A stretch of 37,040 nucleotides of DNA, taken from contig CANQMJ010000002.1 in the NCBI GenBank assembly GCA_947624945.1, positions 1-37,040 of the forward strand, written 5' to 3'. The translations under genes were made by a program, and so were the position numbers. Each line of letters begins with the position of its first letter. Position 1 is the stretch's first letter. Origin of the DNA: an uncultured Clostridia bacterium. GTDB taxonomy: Bacteria > Bacillota > Clostridia > Oscillospirales > CAG-272. This document shows, one piece after another, positions 1 through 10,965 of this stretch. The notes beneath the pieces are model-generated. The model was not told the DNA's origin, made no database searches, and was given only the letters and a program-made list of their open reading frames with translations.

Positions 1-73
1 TTGGGGTGATAAGTCTTTTCCCGAGCACGCTTTTTACCCTGTATTTATTGATTTTTTTGCATTTCGCTCGGGG

Positions 74-1668
<1,595 letters not shown>

Positions 1669-1678
1669 GTGAGTTCTT

Positions 1679-1749
1679 GGGGGAAGAAAAACTTTTTGAG
1701 AAAAGTTTTTCTTCCCCCAAACCCCTATCTTTTCAAAAACTTTTATTAC
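1679..1749 (-). repeat. family-1 hairpin element; probable abfA terminator
   Basis: 18-bp perfect stem GGGGGAAGAAAAACTTTT / AAAAGTTTTTCTTCCCCC followed by the AAACCCCTATCTTTTCAAAAACTTTTATTA arm. Confidence 0.85.
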
Positions 1750-1852
1750 TTTGGGTTATAGCTAAATCCATTATCTGTACGGAAATTTATTACTGATACG
1801 CTCCGTTTGGTGCTCGGCTTCGCCTCCGCTTAATATGCCTGCCTCCGCCGGC

Positions 1853-2211
1853 AAACGGAAACAATATCATCGGTGCGTACTTAAGATAATCAGATTTGGT
1901 CCGCTTTTGGAGAGGGTTTGGGGCACCTTTTACCAAAAGGGGCTCCAAAAATTGAAAAAAGTTTTTCTCCCCCTGTTTCTTCAAAAACTTTTGTTATAGA
2001 CTATGCTTTAGCAAAACGCACGGGAACAATAATCTCGGAGATAGCTTGAGATAATCACTATTTAGTCCGCTTTTGTGAGGGGAGCATCTCCTCACTGCGT
2101 TCGGAGCTGCCACACTTTCCGCTTTGCGGAAAGTGTCGGAGGTTTGGAGCGTTAGCGACAAAACTCCCAACTTTCTACAAAAAGGGGCCCCTAAATAAAA
2201 AAAGGGGCTCC
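1853..2211 (+). repeat. family-2 composite repeat, two tandem units (first lacks the REP core)
   Basis: AAACGGAAACAATATC...CTTAAGATAATCAGATTTGGTCCGCTTTTG..., then REP CACACTTTCCGC-TTT-GCGGAAAGTGT (2111..2136), then CGGAGGTTTGGAGCGTTAGCGACAAAACTCCC and CTTTCTACAAAAAGGGGC. Confidence 0.85.
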
Positions 2212-2287
2212 ATCATACTACTCAAACCATGTACGAAATTACTGCTGAATTTTATGATAGCATCAACGCGCACGTCGACTATGCGGG

Positions 2288-3028
2288 GTGGCGGATTTTA
2301 TAGAGCGCGTATTTGACAAATACTGCCGCACGCGTCCCGAGCTCGTGCTCGATCTCGGATGCGGGACGGGCACGCTGACGCTCGAGATGGCGCGCCGCGG
2401 CTACGACATGACGGGCGCGGACAATTCGCCCGAGATGCTGGCGCGCGCGCGTGAGAACGCCGACGAAGCCGGCGTCGAAAACGTCCTGTGGCTGTGCCAA
2501 GACATGAGCGCGTTCGAGCTTTACGGCACCGTCGACGCCGTTATATCGACGTGCGACTCCGTCAACTACCTCACCGACCGCCGCGACCTGCGGCGGTGCC
2601 TTGCGCTCATACACAATTATCTCATCCCCGACGGGGTATTCGTATTCGACATCGCGCCGCGCGGCAAATACCGCCATGTCTACGACCGCGACATCGTGAT
2701 CGAGGACGGCGGCGTCTATTGCGGCTGGCAGACCGAGTATAACGACAAAACGGGACTCGCGCGGTTTTATCTCACCTACTTCGTCCGTGACATCGACGAC
2801 CCCGACGTCTGGCGTCGTTACGACGAGGTGCAGCGCCAGCGCTGTTACACGGTGCGCGTAATAAAAAACGAGCTTGCCCGCGCGGGATTTGAGGTGCTCG
2901 CCGTCTACCGCGACACGGACATGACGCCTCTCGCCGACGGCGACGAGGATAATAACGGCGCTCTCGATCGTATCCACATCGCAGCGAGAGTGAAAAAGAC
3001 TGCCTCAAGCGGCAACAACGGGCTGTGA
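2288..3028 (+). CDS. class I SAM-dependent methyltransferase (N-terminus apparently split by a 1-nt frameshift)
   Basis: 246-aa ORF from GTG with motif I VLDLGCGTGTLT followed by GADNSPEML. The short ORF 2229..2303 (MYEITAEFYDSINAHVDYAGW...) in another frame reads like the missing family N-terminus. Confidence 0.75.
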   Translation: MADFIERVFDKYCRTRPELVLDLGCGTGTLTLEMARRGYDMTGADNSPEMLARARENADEAGVENVLWLCQDMSAFELYGTVDAVISTCDSVNYLTDRRDLRRCLALIHNYLIPDGVFVFDIAPRGKYRHVYDRDIVIEDGGVYCGWQTEYNDKTGLARFYLTYFVRDIDDPDVWRRYDEVQRQRCYTVRVIKNELARAGFEVLAVYRDTDMTPLADGDEDNNGALDRIHIAARVKKTASSGNNGL

Positions 3029-3084
3029 AACCGACGCTTGAAATAAAGTGGCGAATGTGATAGAATGTTGACGAATAAAATCTG

Positions 3085-3157
3085 TAATAAAAGTTTTTGA
3101 AGAGAGGGAGGTCCGGAGGGATAGGGACTTTTTTCAAAAAGTCCCTATCCCTCCGGA
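3085..3157 (+). repeat. family-1 hairpin element between SD-like tract and hslO start
   Basis: TAATAAAAGTTTTTGAAGAGAGGGAGG is followed by a 22-bp perfect stem TCCGGAGGGATAGGGACTTTTT / AAAAAGTCCCTATCCCTCCGGA. The ATG lies 12 nt after the stem. Confidence 0.9.
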
Positions 3158-3169
3158 TCGAATACAATC

Positions 3170-4045
3170 ATGATACTTCGAGCCATGACGCGCGACGGAA
3201 GCGCGCGCATACACGTAATAGATTCGACCGCAATCGTGAACCGCGGCATTGAGATACACAAGACGTCGGCGACGGCGGGCGCCGCGCTCGGCAGGCTGCT
3301 CACGGTCACGTCCGTTGTCGGCTCCATGCTCGGTGACCCCGACGATTCCGTCACCGTGACGCTTCGCGGCGACGGTCCCGCCGGTCTTGTCACCGCCGTC
3401 GCCGACTACATGGGCAACGTGCGCGGCTACATCGAAAATCCCGCCGCCGACCTGCCCTTAAACGAACGCGGCAAGCTCGACGTCGGCGGTCTTATCGGAC
3501 GCGGCGTTTTGCAGATCATACGCGACGCGGGCGGCGAGGAGCCCTACGTCGGCGTAACCGAGCTCGTCACGGGTGAGATCGGCGACGACATCGCCGCCTA
3601 CTATGCCGGAAGTGAACAGATACCGACGATGTGCGCCGTCGGTGTGCTCATCGCCCCCGACCTGCACTGCCTCGGCGCCGGATGTGTGTTCGTGCAGATG
3701 CTGCCGTTCGCCGACGACAGCGTCGCCGCGCGTCTCGAGGAAAACGCCGGCAAGCTGTCGAAGCTGTCGCGCATGTTCGCCGACGGCATGACGTGCGAGC
3801 AGATACTCGACATCGCGTGCGCGGGCGTCGAATACGACATCTTCGACGCCATCGACACCGAGTACCGCTGCACGTGCTCGCGCGAAAGGACCGCGCGCGC
3901 CGTCCGCTCACTCGGCAAAAGCGAGGTCGAAAAGCTCTTATCCGAGCTGCGCGCGGAGGGCAGGGACGAAACGATCGAGCTCGGCTGCCGTTTCTGCGGG
4001 AAAAAGTACGCGTTTTCGCGCGATGACTGCATGAAGCTGTTTTGA
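3170..4045 (+). CDS. hslO: Hsp33 redox-regulated chaperonin
   Basis: 291-aa ORF. The N-terminus (LRAMTRDGSARIHVIDST) and the C-terminal zinc switch (CTCSRE ... CRFCGKKY, i.e. CxC...CxxC) are typical of Hsp33. Confidence 0.9.
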   Translation: MILRAMTRDGSARIHVIDSTAIVNRGIEIHKTSATAGAALGRLLTVTSVVGSMLGDPDDSVTVTLRGDGPAGLVTAVADYMGNVRGYIENPAADLPLNERGKLDVGGLIGRGVLQIIRDAGGEEPYVGVTELVTGEIGDDIAAYYAGSEQIPTMCAVGVLIAPDLHCLGAGCVFVQMLPFADDSVAARLEENAGKLSKLSRMFADGMTCEQILDIACAGVEYDIFDAIDTEYRCTCSRERTARAVRSLGKSEVEKLLSELRAEGRDETIELGCRFCGKKYAFSRDDCMKLF

Positions 4046-4183
4046 GGCGCGGCGCAGTTTGACGCAGACGCGATGCCGGTTGCATCACACTTTTTACAAA
4101 GCGACCGCGCCGCCGAACCACTGTCACCACACTTTCCGCGAAGCGAAAAGTGTAAGACGGCTTCGAGTGCAACGAGAAGACGT
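4046..4183. repeat. cluster of REP-like hairpins
   Basis: Contains CACACTTTCCGC-GAA-GCGAAAAGTGT (4128..4153) and related degenerate units. It lies directly after the hslO stop and leads into large-element copy A. Confidence 0.75.
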
Positions 4184-4601
4184 TACACACACTTTCTGCG
4201 TGAGCGAAAACGTGTCGCAGGTCGGAGCATCAGCGACGAACTGCCGCTCACCGCGGTTCAATGTACAGTCTGTCACCACCGGCAACTACCTTTGCACACC
4301 TGAAGTGGTGACGTCTTTCACACCTTCGAATAGGTTTTTTGACAAGGGGGACTTTCTCGCAAGAAAGAGATGATCGGGAATGAGGACTTTTTCTTTATAA
4401 GAAAAGGTCCTCCCCCGAACCCCCTATCCAAAAGAACACCGCGTTATTATTTCCTGCGAACAGCTCCCTCGCGACGTGTCGATATCGCCGTCAAAACGTC
4501 GTGTCTGCGTCTGACGCTGGACGCGCCGTCCAGCGCACGAGCGCGGTGCGCGTAGGTGAGGCTGGGAAGCCTCCGGCTCGTCTCTGTTATTTGGTCGGCG
4601 G
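4184..4601 (+). repeat. large hairpin-rich element, copy A (internally replaced)
   Basis: Collinear with 34597..35085, except that 4368..4438 is a family-1 hairpin (GAGGAC.../...GTCCTC, CCCCGAACCCCCTATCC) in place of the central ~95-nt conserved block. Confidence 0.85.
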
Positions 4602-4624
4602 AGTTTCTGTTTATGTAACCACGA

Positions 4625-4649
4625 ATAAAAAGGGGGACGCAGTCCCCCC
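4625..4649 (-). terminator. rho-independent terminator after radA
   Basis: On the minus strand, GGGGGAC-TGC-GTCCCCC followed by TTTTTATT, 7 nt after the radA stop. Confidence 0.7.
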
Positions 4650-4655
4650 TCTACA

Positions 4656-6044
4656 TTAACCGCCGAAAAGCGGCAAAAGCTCGTATACGCTGCGGACCGG
4701 TATGACTTCGATGGTATCCGGCAGCGACGCCACATCGGTGCCGCGCTTCGGTATCACTATGCGCGAGAATCCGAGACGCGCCGCCTCACGCACACGCAGC
4801 GGCAGACTCGTCACACCTCTGACCTCGCCCGCGAGTCCGAGCTCGCCCACGACTGCAAGATCGAACGGCACCGGCACGTCGCGCAGCGCCGATATGAGCG
4901 CCGCCGCGACGGCGAGGTCGCACGCGGGCTCGTCGAGGCGCAGACCGCCGACGACGTTGAGGTAAACGTCAAAGTCCGAGAAGCGCAGACCGAGCCGCTT
5001 TTCCAAAACGGCGATGAGCAGATACAGACGCGAATAGTCGAAGCCGTCGGCGGCGCGCTTCGGCGACGGGAACGACGTCTTGACCGTCAACGCCTGAATC
5101 TCGGCGATGATGGGGCGCGTGCCCTCCATGCAGCACACTGTGGCGCTTCCCGACACGCCTTTCGGACGCCCCGCGAGCAGCATCGCGGACGGATTCTCGA
5201 CCTCGCACAGTCCCTTGTCCGTCATCTCGAACACGCCGATCTCGTTCGTCGCGCCGTAGCGGTTTTTGACGGCGCGTATGACGCGGAAATTCTGATGGCG
5301 CTCGCCCTCGAAGTAAAGGACGGCGTCGACCATATGCTCGAGCACCTTCGGTCCCGCGATGCCGCCCTCTTTATTGACGTGACCGACGATTATGACAGAT
5401 ACGCCATAATTTTTGGCGAGCGCGCCGAGCGCCTGCGCGCTGTCTCTCACCTGCGAGACGCTGCCCTGCGACGACGGCGTCGACGGACAGTACAGCGTCT
5501 GTATCGAGTCTGCGACGACGACGTCTGGCTTCAGCCGCTCGCACTCGGAGAGGATGCGGTCGACGTCCGTTTCGGTATATATGTATAGCTCGTCCGACGA
5601 CACGCCTAGGCGCTTTGCCCGCAGACGGAGCTGGCCCGACGATTCCTCGCCCGACACGTACAAAACGCGCCGTCCCTGTGACAGTGTGCCGCATATCTGC
5701 AAAAGCAGCGTCGACTTGCCGATGCCGGGCTCGCCTGACAACAGCACCACCGAGCCGAGCACGAGTCCGCCGCCGAGCACTCTGTCGAGCTCGCCGCTGC
5801 CTGTGCCTGTGCGGACGCTGTCCTCGACGCCCTCGTCACCTATAAGCGACGCCGATTCGCTTCTGACGGCGCCTCTGCGCACAGTCTTGCCCGATTCCTT
5901 GCCGCCCGCGGACACCTCTGCCGCCGGTTCCTCATATTTTTCCTCGACGAACGACCCGAACGCCCCGCACTGAGGACACCGCCCCAGCATCTTCGGATAC
6001 TGATAGTCGCACTTCGAGCATACGTACACGGTTCTTGGTTTCAT
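4656..6044 (-). CDS. radA: DNA repair protein RadA/Sms
   Basis: 462-aa ORF with N-terminal zinc finger CSKCDYQYPKMLGRCPQC, Walker A GEPGIGKST, the RadA motif KNRYG and a Lon-protease-like C-terminal domain. Confidence 0.95.
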   Translation of the reverse strand: MKPRTVYVCSKCDYQYPKMLGRCPQCGAFGSFVEEKYEEPAAEVSAGGKESGKTVRRGAVRSESASLIGDEGVEDSVRTGTGSGELDRVLGGGLVLGSVVLLSGEPGIGKSTLLLQICGTLSQGRRVLYVSGEESSGQLRLRAKRLGVSSDELYIYTETDVDRILSECERLKPDVVVADSIQTLYCPSTPSSQGSVSQVRDSAQALGALAKNYGVSVIIVGHVNKEGGIAGPKVLEHMVDAVLYFEGERHQNFRVIRAVKNRYGATNEIGVFEMTDKGLCEVENPSAMLLAGRPKGVSGSATVCCMEGTRPIIAEIQALTVKTSFPSPKRAADGFDYSRLYLLIAVLEKRLGLRFSDFDVYLNVVGGLRLDEPACDLAVAAALISALRDVPVPFDLAVVGELGLAGEVRGVTSLPLRVREAARLGFSRIVIPKRGTDVASLPDTIEVIPVRSVYELLPLFGG

Positions 6045-6057
6045 GTGTCGGTTTTTT

Positions 6058-6122
6058 CGGGGGAAGTGACTTTTTGAAAAAAGTCACTTCCCCCGGACCC
6101 CCATCTTCAAAAACTTTTATTA
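6058..6122 (-). repeat. family-1 hairpin element between SD-like tract and radA start
   Basis: The minus strand reads TAATAAAAGTTTTTGAAGATGGGGGTC, then CGGGGGAAGTGACTTTTT / AAAAAGTCACTTCCCCCG, then 13 nt and the radA ATG. Confidence 0.9.
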
Positions 6123-6235
6123 CATATATCATATACAATATATCACAAATTCCGAAGAATTACAATACTTGCCGCGACATCACCGTTTTTCCCGAAGTTT
6201 TTTCAAAAAATACGCCCCTCGGTACAAATTCACGA

Positions 6236-6264
6236 TTGCAAAATCCCGCGAGTCGTGATATTAT
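6236..6264 (+). promoter_or_regulatory. putative sigma-A promoter of PFOR
   Basis: TTGCAA, 17-nt spacer, then TGaTATTAT (extended -10), about 55 nt upstream of the nifJ ATG. Confidence 0.6.
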
Positions 6265-6320
6265 ATATGGTGGTCAGTTATGATATACTTATATACTTTT
6301 GTAGGAGGATATAAAACCAC

Positions 6321-9300
6321 ATGGCTATCAAAAGAAACAAACAGTCGATGGACGGTAACCAGGCGGCCGCTCACGTAAGCTACGCGTTTACCGAGGTCGC
6401 GGGTATTTACCCCATCACTCCCTCGAGCCCGATGGCGGACTATGTCGATCAGTGGTCTGCGGCAGGCAGAAAGAACATCTTCGGCAACACCGTCAAGGTC
6501 TCCGAGATGCAGTCCGAGGGCGGCGCTGCGGGTACCGTTCACGGCTCCCTCGCGGCAGGTGCGCTTACCACGACGTACACGGCGTCGCAGGGTCTGCTTC
6601 TCATGATCCCGAACATGTATAAGATCGCGGGCGAGCTTCTCCCCTGCGTGTTCCACGTGTCCGCGCGTACTGTCGCGGCTCACGCGCTCAACATCTTCGG
6701 CGACCACAGCGACGTATATTCCTGCCGTCAGACGGGATTTGCTATGCTCGCGTCGTCCAACCCGCAGGAGATCATGGATCTCGGCGCGGTCGCTCACCTC
6801 TCCGCCATCAAGGGCAGAGTTCCGTTCCTTCACTTCTTCGACGGCTTCAGAACGAGCCACGAGATACAGAAGATAGAGGCATGGGAAAACGAAGAGCTCG
6901 CCGACCTCATCGACTATGACGCTCTTGCCGAGTTCCGCGCTCACGCGCTCAATCCCGAGCATCCGACGCTCCGCGGCTCCGCCGAAAACGGCGACATCTT
7001 CTTCCAGCACAAGGAAGCCGCTAACAAGTACTATAACGCTCTGCCCGAGATCGTTGAGGAGTACATGAACAAGATCAACGAGCGCATCGGCACCGATTAT
7101 AAGCTTTTCAACTACTACGGCGCTCCCGACGCTGACCGCGTCATCATCGCTATGGGCTCCATCTGCGACGTGACCGAGGAGGTCATCGACTACATGAACG
7201 CGCACGGCGAGAAGGTCGGCATCGTTAAGGTGCGTCTGTACCGTCCGTTCCGCGCCGACAAGCTCATCGAAGCTATCCCGAAGACGGCGACCAAGATCGC
7301 GGTCCTCGACAGAACGAAGGAACCGGGCGCACTCGGCGAGCCCCTCTACCTCGACGTAGTGACTGCTCTCGCACAGGCAGGCGTCAAGGCGACAGTCGTC
7401 GGCGGCAGATACGGTCTCGGCTCCAAGGATACTCCTCCGTCATCCGTATTCGCTGTATACGAGAACCTCGCATCCGACACGCCGAAGAATTCGTTCTCGC
7501 TCGGCATCGTCGACGACGTGACGCACACGTCGCTCGAGGAAAAGCCCGCTCCCGACACGGCTCCCGAAGGCACGATCTCGTGCAAGTTCTGGGGTCTCGG
7601 CGGCGACGGTACTGTCGGCGCGAACAAGAACTCGATAAAGATCATCGGCGACCACACCGAAAAGTATATCCAGGCTTACTTCCAGTACGACTCGAAGAAG
7701 ACGGGCGGCATCACGATCTCGCATCTGCGCTTCGGCGATCAGCCCATCAAGGCTCCCTACTACATCACCAAGGCTAACTTCGTCGCATGCCACAACTGCG
7801 CATATCTGACGAAGTACGACATGGTTGAGGACATCAAGCCGAACGGCACGTTCCTTCTCGACTGCCCGTGGACCGTCGACGAGCTCGAGGCTCACATCCC
7901 CGCAAAGGTGAAGAAGTACATAGCGGAGAACAACATCAACTTCTACATCATCGACGGCACCGGCATCGCCACGAACCGCATCGGCAACGCGAAGGTCAAG
8001 AACACGGTGCTTCAGTCCGCGTTCTTCTCGCTCGCCAACATCCTGCCGAAGGCTGACGCTATCGAATACATGAAGAAGATGGCGTACAAGTCCTACATCA
8101 AGAAGGGTCAGGCGATGGTCGACCTCAACTACAACGCCATCGACGCCGGCGGCGACGCCTACGTCAAGGTCGACGTTCCCGAATCGTGGAAGAACCCGAC
8201 GCCGGACGCTAAGGCTCCCGCGTTCGAGTCCGACCGTCCCGAGCTTGACGAGTTCGTAAACGAGATAGTCGAGCCCGTCGACGCTATGCGCGGCGATTCG
8301 CTGCCCGTATCCGCGTTCGAAAAGTACGTGGACGGCACGTTCCCGCAGGGCGCAGCCGCATCCGAGAAGCGCGGCGTCGCCGTCAACGTTCCCGTTTGGA
8401 ACGCTGAAAAGTGCATCCAGTGCAACATGTGCTCGTTCGTCTGCCCGCACGCTACGATCCGTCCGTTCGCTATGACCGAGGAGGAAGCCGCAGCCGCTCC
8501 CGCAGACACGAAGTACACGGCAAAGCCCGTCGTTAAGACGAATTACAAATTCACCGTCGCCGTCAGCCCGCTCGACTGCATGGGCTGCGCACTCTGCGTG
8601 AAGGTCTGCAAGGTCGGCGCGCTCGAGATGGTGACGAGAGAGAGCCAGCTCGACCAGCAGCCCGTATTCGACTACTGCGTCGCTAAGGTCTCCGAAAAGA
8701 AAGAGCTTATAAACAACACCGTCAAGGGCAGCCAGTTCAAGCAGCCGCTGCTTGAATTCTCGGGCTCCTGCGCAGGCTGCGCCGAGACGTCGTACGCTCG
8801 CCTTATCACACAGCTGTTCGGCGAGAGAATGTACATCTCGAACGCTACGGGCTGCTCCTCCATCTGGGGCGGTTCGGCTCCGGCTACGCCGTACACGGTC
8901 AACAAGGAAACGGGACGCGGACCCGCATGGGCTAACTCCCTTTTCGAGGACAACGCAGAGCACGGCTACGGCATGTACCTCGCTCAGAAGTACCGCCGCG
9001 AAGTCCTCGCCGGCAAGGTGACGGAGCTCGTCGCTCTCGAAAATTGCCCCGAGTCACTCAAGGCAGCAGCCGAGGCTTGGCTTGAGTCCAAGGACGACAG
9101 CGCTAAGACGGACGAAGTTTCCGCCGCTCTTCTCGCCGAGGCGAAGAAGATCGACTGCGACTGCGAGGTCGGACAGCGTGCGAAGTACATCGTTGCAAAC
9201 GGCGACATGCTCGGCAAGAAGTCCGTTTGGATCTTCGGCGGCGACGGCTGGGCATACGACATCGGATTCGGCGGTCTTGACCACGTGCTCGCATCCGGCG

Positions 9301-9872
9301 AGAACGTCAACGTGATGGTATTCGACACCGAGGTCTACTCCAACACGGGCGGACAGGCGTCGAAGGCATCCCAGCTCGGTCAGGTCGCGCAGTTCGCGGC
9401 AGCCGGCAAGGCGATCGGCAAGAAGAATCTCGCCGAGATCGCAATGTCCTACGGCTACGTCTACGTCGCGCAGATCGCGATGGGCGCCGACATGAACCAG
9501 ACAATCAAGGCTCTGACCGAGGCTGAGGCTTATAACGGACCGTCGCTCGTTATCGGCTATGCGCCCTGCGAAATGCACGGCGTCAAGGGCGGCATGACGA
9601 ACTGCCAGATCGAGATGAAGCGCGCCGTCGACGCCGGCTACTGGCAGATGTTCCGTTACAACCCTGCTAAGAAGGCGACGGGCGAGAACCCGCTCACTAT
9701 CGACTGCAAGGAGCCGACTGCGGACTACATCGAATTCATCAAGAGCGAGACTCGTTACAGCCGTCTGGCTCAGAGCTTCCCGGAGAGAGCGGAAAAGCTC
9801 TTCAACGAAGCGAAGATCAAGGCTGCGGAGAAGTTCAACCATCTTCAAAAGCTCGCAGAGGTGTACAAGTAA
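6321..9872 (+). CDS. nifJ: pyruvate:ferredoxin (flavodoxin) oxidoreductase
   Basis: 1183-aa single-chain PFOR with two 4Fe-4S motifs (CIQCNMCSFVCP, CMGCALCVKVCK) and a TPP-binding GGDGWAYDIG block. AGGAGGA lies upstream of the ATG. Confidence 0.95.
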   Translation: MAIKRNKQSMDGNQAAAHVSYAFTEVAGIYPITPSSPMADYVDQWSAAGRKNIFGNTVKVSEMQSEGGAAGTVHGSLAAGALTTTYTASQGLLLMIPNMYKIAGELLPCVFHVSARTVAAHALNIFGDHSDVYSCRQTGFAMLASSNPQEIMDLGAVAHLSAIKGRVPFLHFFDGFRTSHEIQKIEAWENEELADLIDYDALAEFRAHALNPEHPTLRGSAENGDIFFQHKEAANKYYNALPEIVEEYMNKINERIGTDYKLFNYYGAPDADRVIIAMGSICDVTEEVIDYMNAHGEKVGIVKVRLYRPFRADKLIEAIPKTATKIAVLDRTKEPGALGEPLYLDVVTALAQAGVKATVVGGRYGLGSKDTPPSSVFAVYENLASDTPKNSFSLGIVDDVTHTSLEEKPAPDTAPEGTISCKFWGLGGDGTVGANKNSIKIIGDHTEKYIQAYFQYDSKKTGGITISHLRFGDQPIKAPYYITKANFVACHNCAYLTKYDMVEDIKPNGTFLLDCPWTVDELEAHIPAKVKKYIAENNINFYIIDGTGIATNRIGNAKVKNTVLQSAFFSLANILPKADAIEYMKKMAYKSYIKKGQAMVDLNYNAIDAGGDAYVKVDVPESWKNPTPDAKAPAFESDRPELDEFVNEIVEPVDAMRGDSLPVSAFEKYVDGTFPQGAAASEKRGVAVNVPVWNAEKCIQCNMCSFVCPHATIRPFAMTEEEAAAAPADTKYTAKPVVKTNYKFTVAVSPLDCMGCALCVKVCKVGALEMVTRESQLDQQPVFDYCVAKVSEKKELINNTVKGSQFKQPLLEFSGSCAGCAETSYARLITQLFGERMYISNATGCSSIWGGSAPATPYTVNKETGRGPAWANSLFEDNAEHGYGMYLAQKYRREVLAGKVTELVALENCPESLKAAAEAWLESKDDSAKTDEVSAALLAEAKKIDCDCEVGQRAKYIVANGDMLGKKSVWIFGGDGWAYDIGFGGLDHVLASGENVNVMVFDTEVYSNTGGQASKASQLGQVAQFAAAGKAIGKKNLAEIAMSYGYVYVAQIAMGADMNQTIKALTEAEAYNGPSLVIGYAPCEMHGVKGGMTNCQIEMKRAVDAGYWQMFRYNPAKKATGENPLTIDCKEPTADYIEFIKSETRYSRLAQSFPERAEKLFNEAKIKAAEKFNHLQKLAEVYK

Positions 9873-9898
9873 TATCCGTTCTGCGGAAATACGAAAGG

Positions 9899-9934
9899 CA
9901 GGGATCCCGTCGGGGTCCCTGTTTTTGCGTTTTT
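9899..9934 (+). terminator. rho-independent terminator after PFOR
   Basis: CAGGGATCCC-GTCG-GGGTCCCTG stem-loop followed by TTTTTGCGTTTTT. Confidence 0.8.
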
Positions 9935-9978
9935 ATAACTGCCGCCTGTTCCGTTTCACGCCGCATTTTCTGCATTAT

Positions 9979-10260
9979 TTACAGCAGCCACCACATAAGC
10001 GCCGCCGCCGCACCCGACGATATGACCCCGACCGCAAACACTATCGCACGCTCCGTCCACATCCTCCGCCTGTCGCGCCGTCTGTACCTGTTCGGCTCCA
10101 TCTTTTCGCCCACTATCCTCGCCGCCTCGCGTATGATGTCCTCGCGCTTCGTCTTTTTCGGCAGCGGCACGTTCTGCCTGATTATGAAATACGCCGACTC
10201 GAACAGCTCGCTGTCCGTATCCTCTATCTTTATCATGCGCCGCTCGCACCCCTTTATCAT
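9979..10260 (-). CDS. hypothetical small protein with C-terminal transmembrane anchor
   Basis: 93-aa ORF. AAGGGGG lies 6 nt upstream of the ATG on the minus strand. It has a basic middle region (RYRRRDRRRMW) and a hydrophobic tail (AIVFAVGVISSGAAAALMWWLL). I do not recognise a family. Confidence 0.5.
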   Translation of the reverse strand: MIKGCERRMIKIEDTDSELFESAYFIIRQNVPLPKKTKREDIIREAARIVGEKMEPNRYRRRDRRRMWTERAIVFAVGVISSGAAAALMWWLL

Positions 10261-10374
10261 ATAGCGCCCCCTTATTTTCCTTTATGTATATCATTTATAT
10301 TATTGACGCGCCTGCGGCGCTTATTCGGTCAGCAGCTATTTTCCGACTTTTATTAAATTTTTTGCAAATACCAC

Positions 10375-10403
10375 TTGCAATCGCCGCGATGTCGTGGTAA
10401 TAT
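10375..10403 (+). promoter_or_regulatory. putative sigma-A promoter of rpsT
   Basis: TTGCAA, 17-nt spacer, then TGgTAATAT (extended -10). Confidence 0.6.
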
Positions 10404-10489
10404 AAGATGTTGTCATATACGCGGTGTGCGCTCCCCTCTCAGGCGCCGCTGTCAATACACAAAATCTCACACAGGAGGAAGCAATCGGC

Positions 10490-10753
10490 ATGCCCAACAT
10501 CAAATCGGCGAAGAAGCGCGTTATCGTTTCCGAGAAGAAAAATCTTCAGAACAGAATGTATAAGTCCGCGCTCCACACGCAGATCCGCAAGTACAATGCC
10601 GCGCTCGAGGCAGGCGACAAGGAAGCTGCGTCCGCGATCTATCGCGATACAGTGAAGAAGATCGACCAGGGCGTCGCAAAGGGAATAATCCACAAGAACA
10701 ACGCGGCGCGCAAAAAGAGCCAGTTCACCAAGGCGCTCGCAAAATTAGCGTAA
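10490..10753 (+). CDS. rpsT: 30S ribosomal protein S20
   Basis: MPNIKSAKKRVIVSEKKNLQNRMYKS... is a typical S20 sequence. AGGAGGA (10473..10479) precedes the ATG at 10490. The tracked ORF start at 10424 is an upstream in-frame extension. Confidence 0.9.
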   Translation: MPNIKSAKKRVIVSEKKNLQNRMYKSALHTQIRKYNAALEAGDKEAASAIYRDTVKKIDQGVAKGIIHKNNAARKKSQFTKALAKLA

Positions 10754-10767
10754 GTCAATATTGCGTG

Positions 10768-10797
10768 AAGCCGTCCTTTCGGACGGCTTTTTCTTTC
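10768..10797 (+). terminator. rho-independent terminator after rpsT
   Basis: AAGCCGTCC-TTTC-GGACGGCTT followed by TTTTCTTT. Confidence 0.85.
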
Positions 10798-10965
10798 GCC
10801 CCCGCGGGACAGTTATAAATACCTTTTTACAAAAAGTCCTTTCTCCCTGTCGCATCCGATAAAACATACCAAAACAAAATTTTTATCACGGCGCGCAGTC
10901 GGCACGATTTTCGTCCTGCCCGTGATATGATGTTATCACGACATGAGACGCGAGGTATACAAAAA

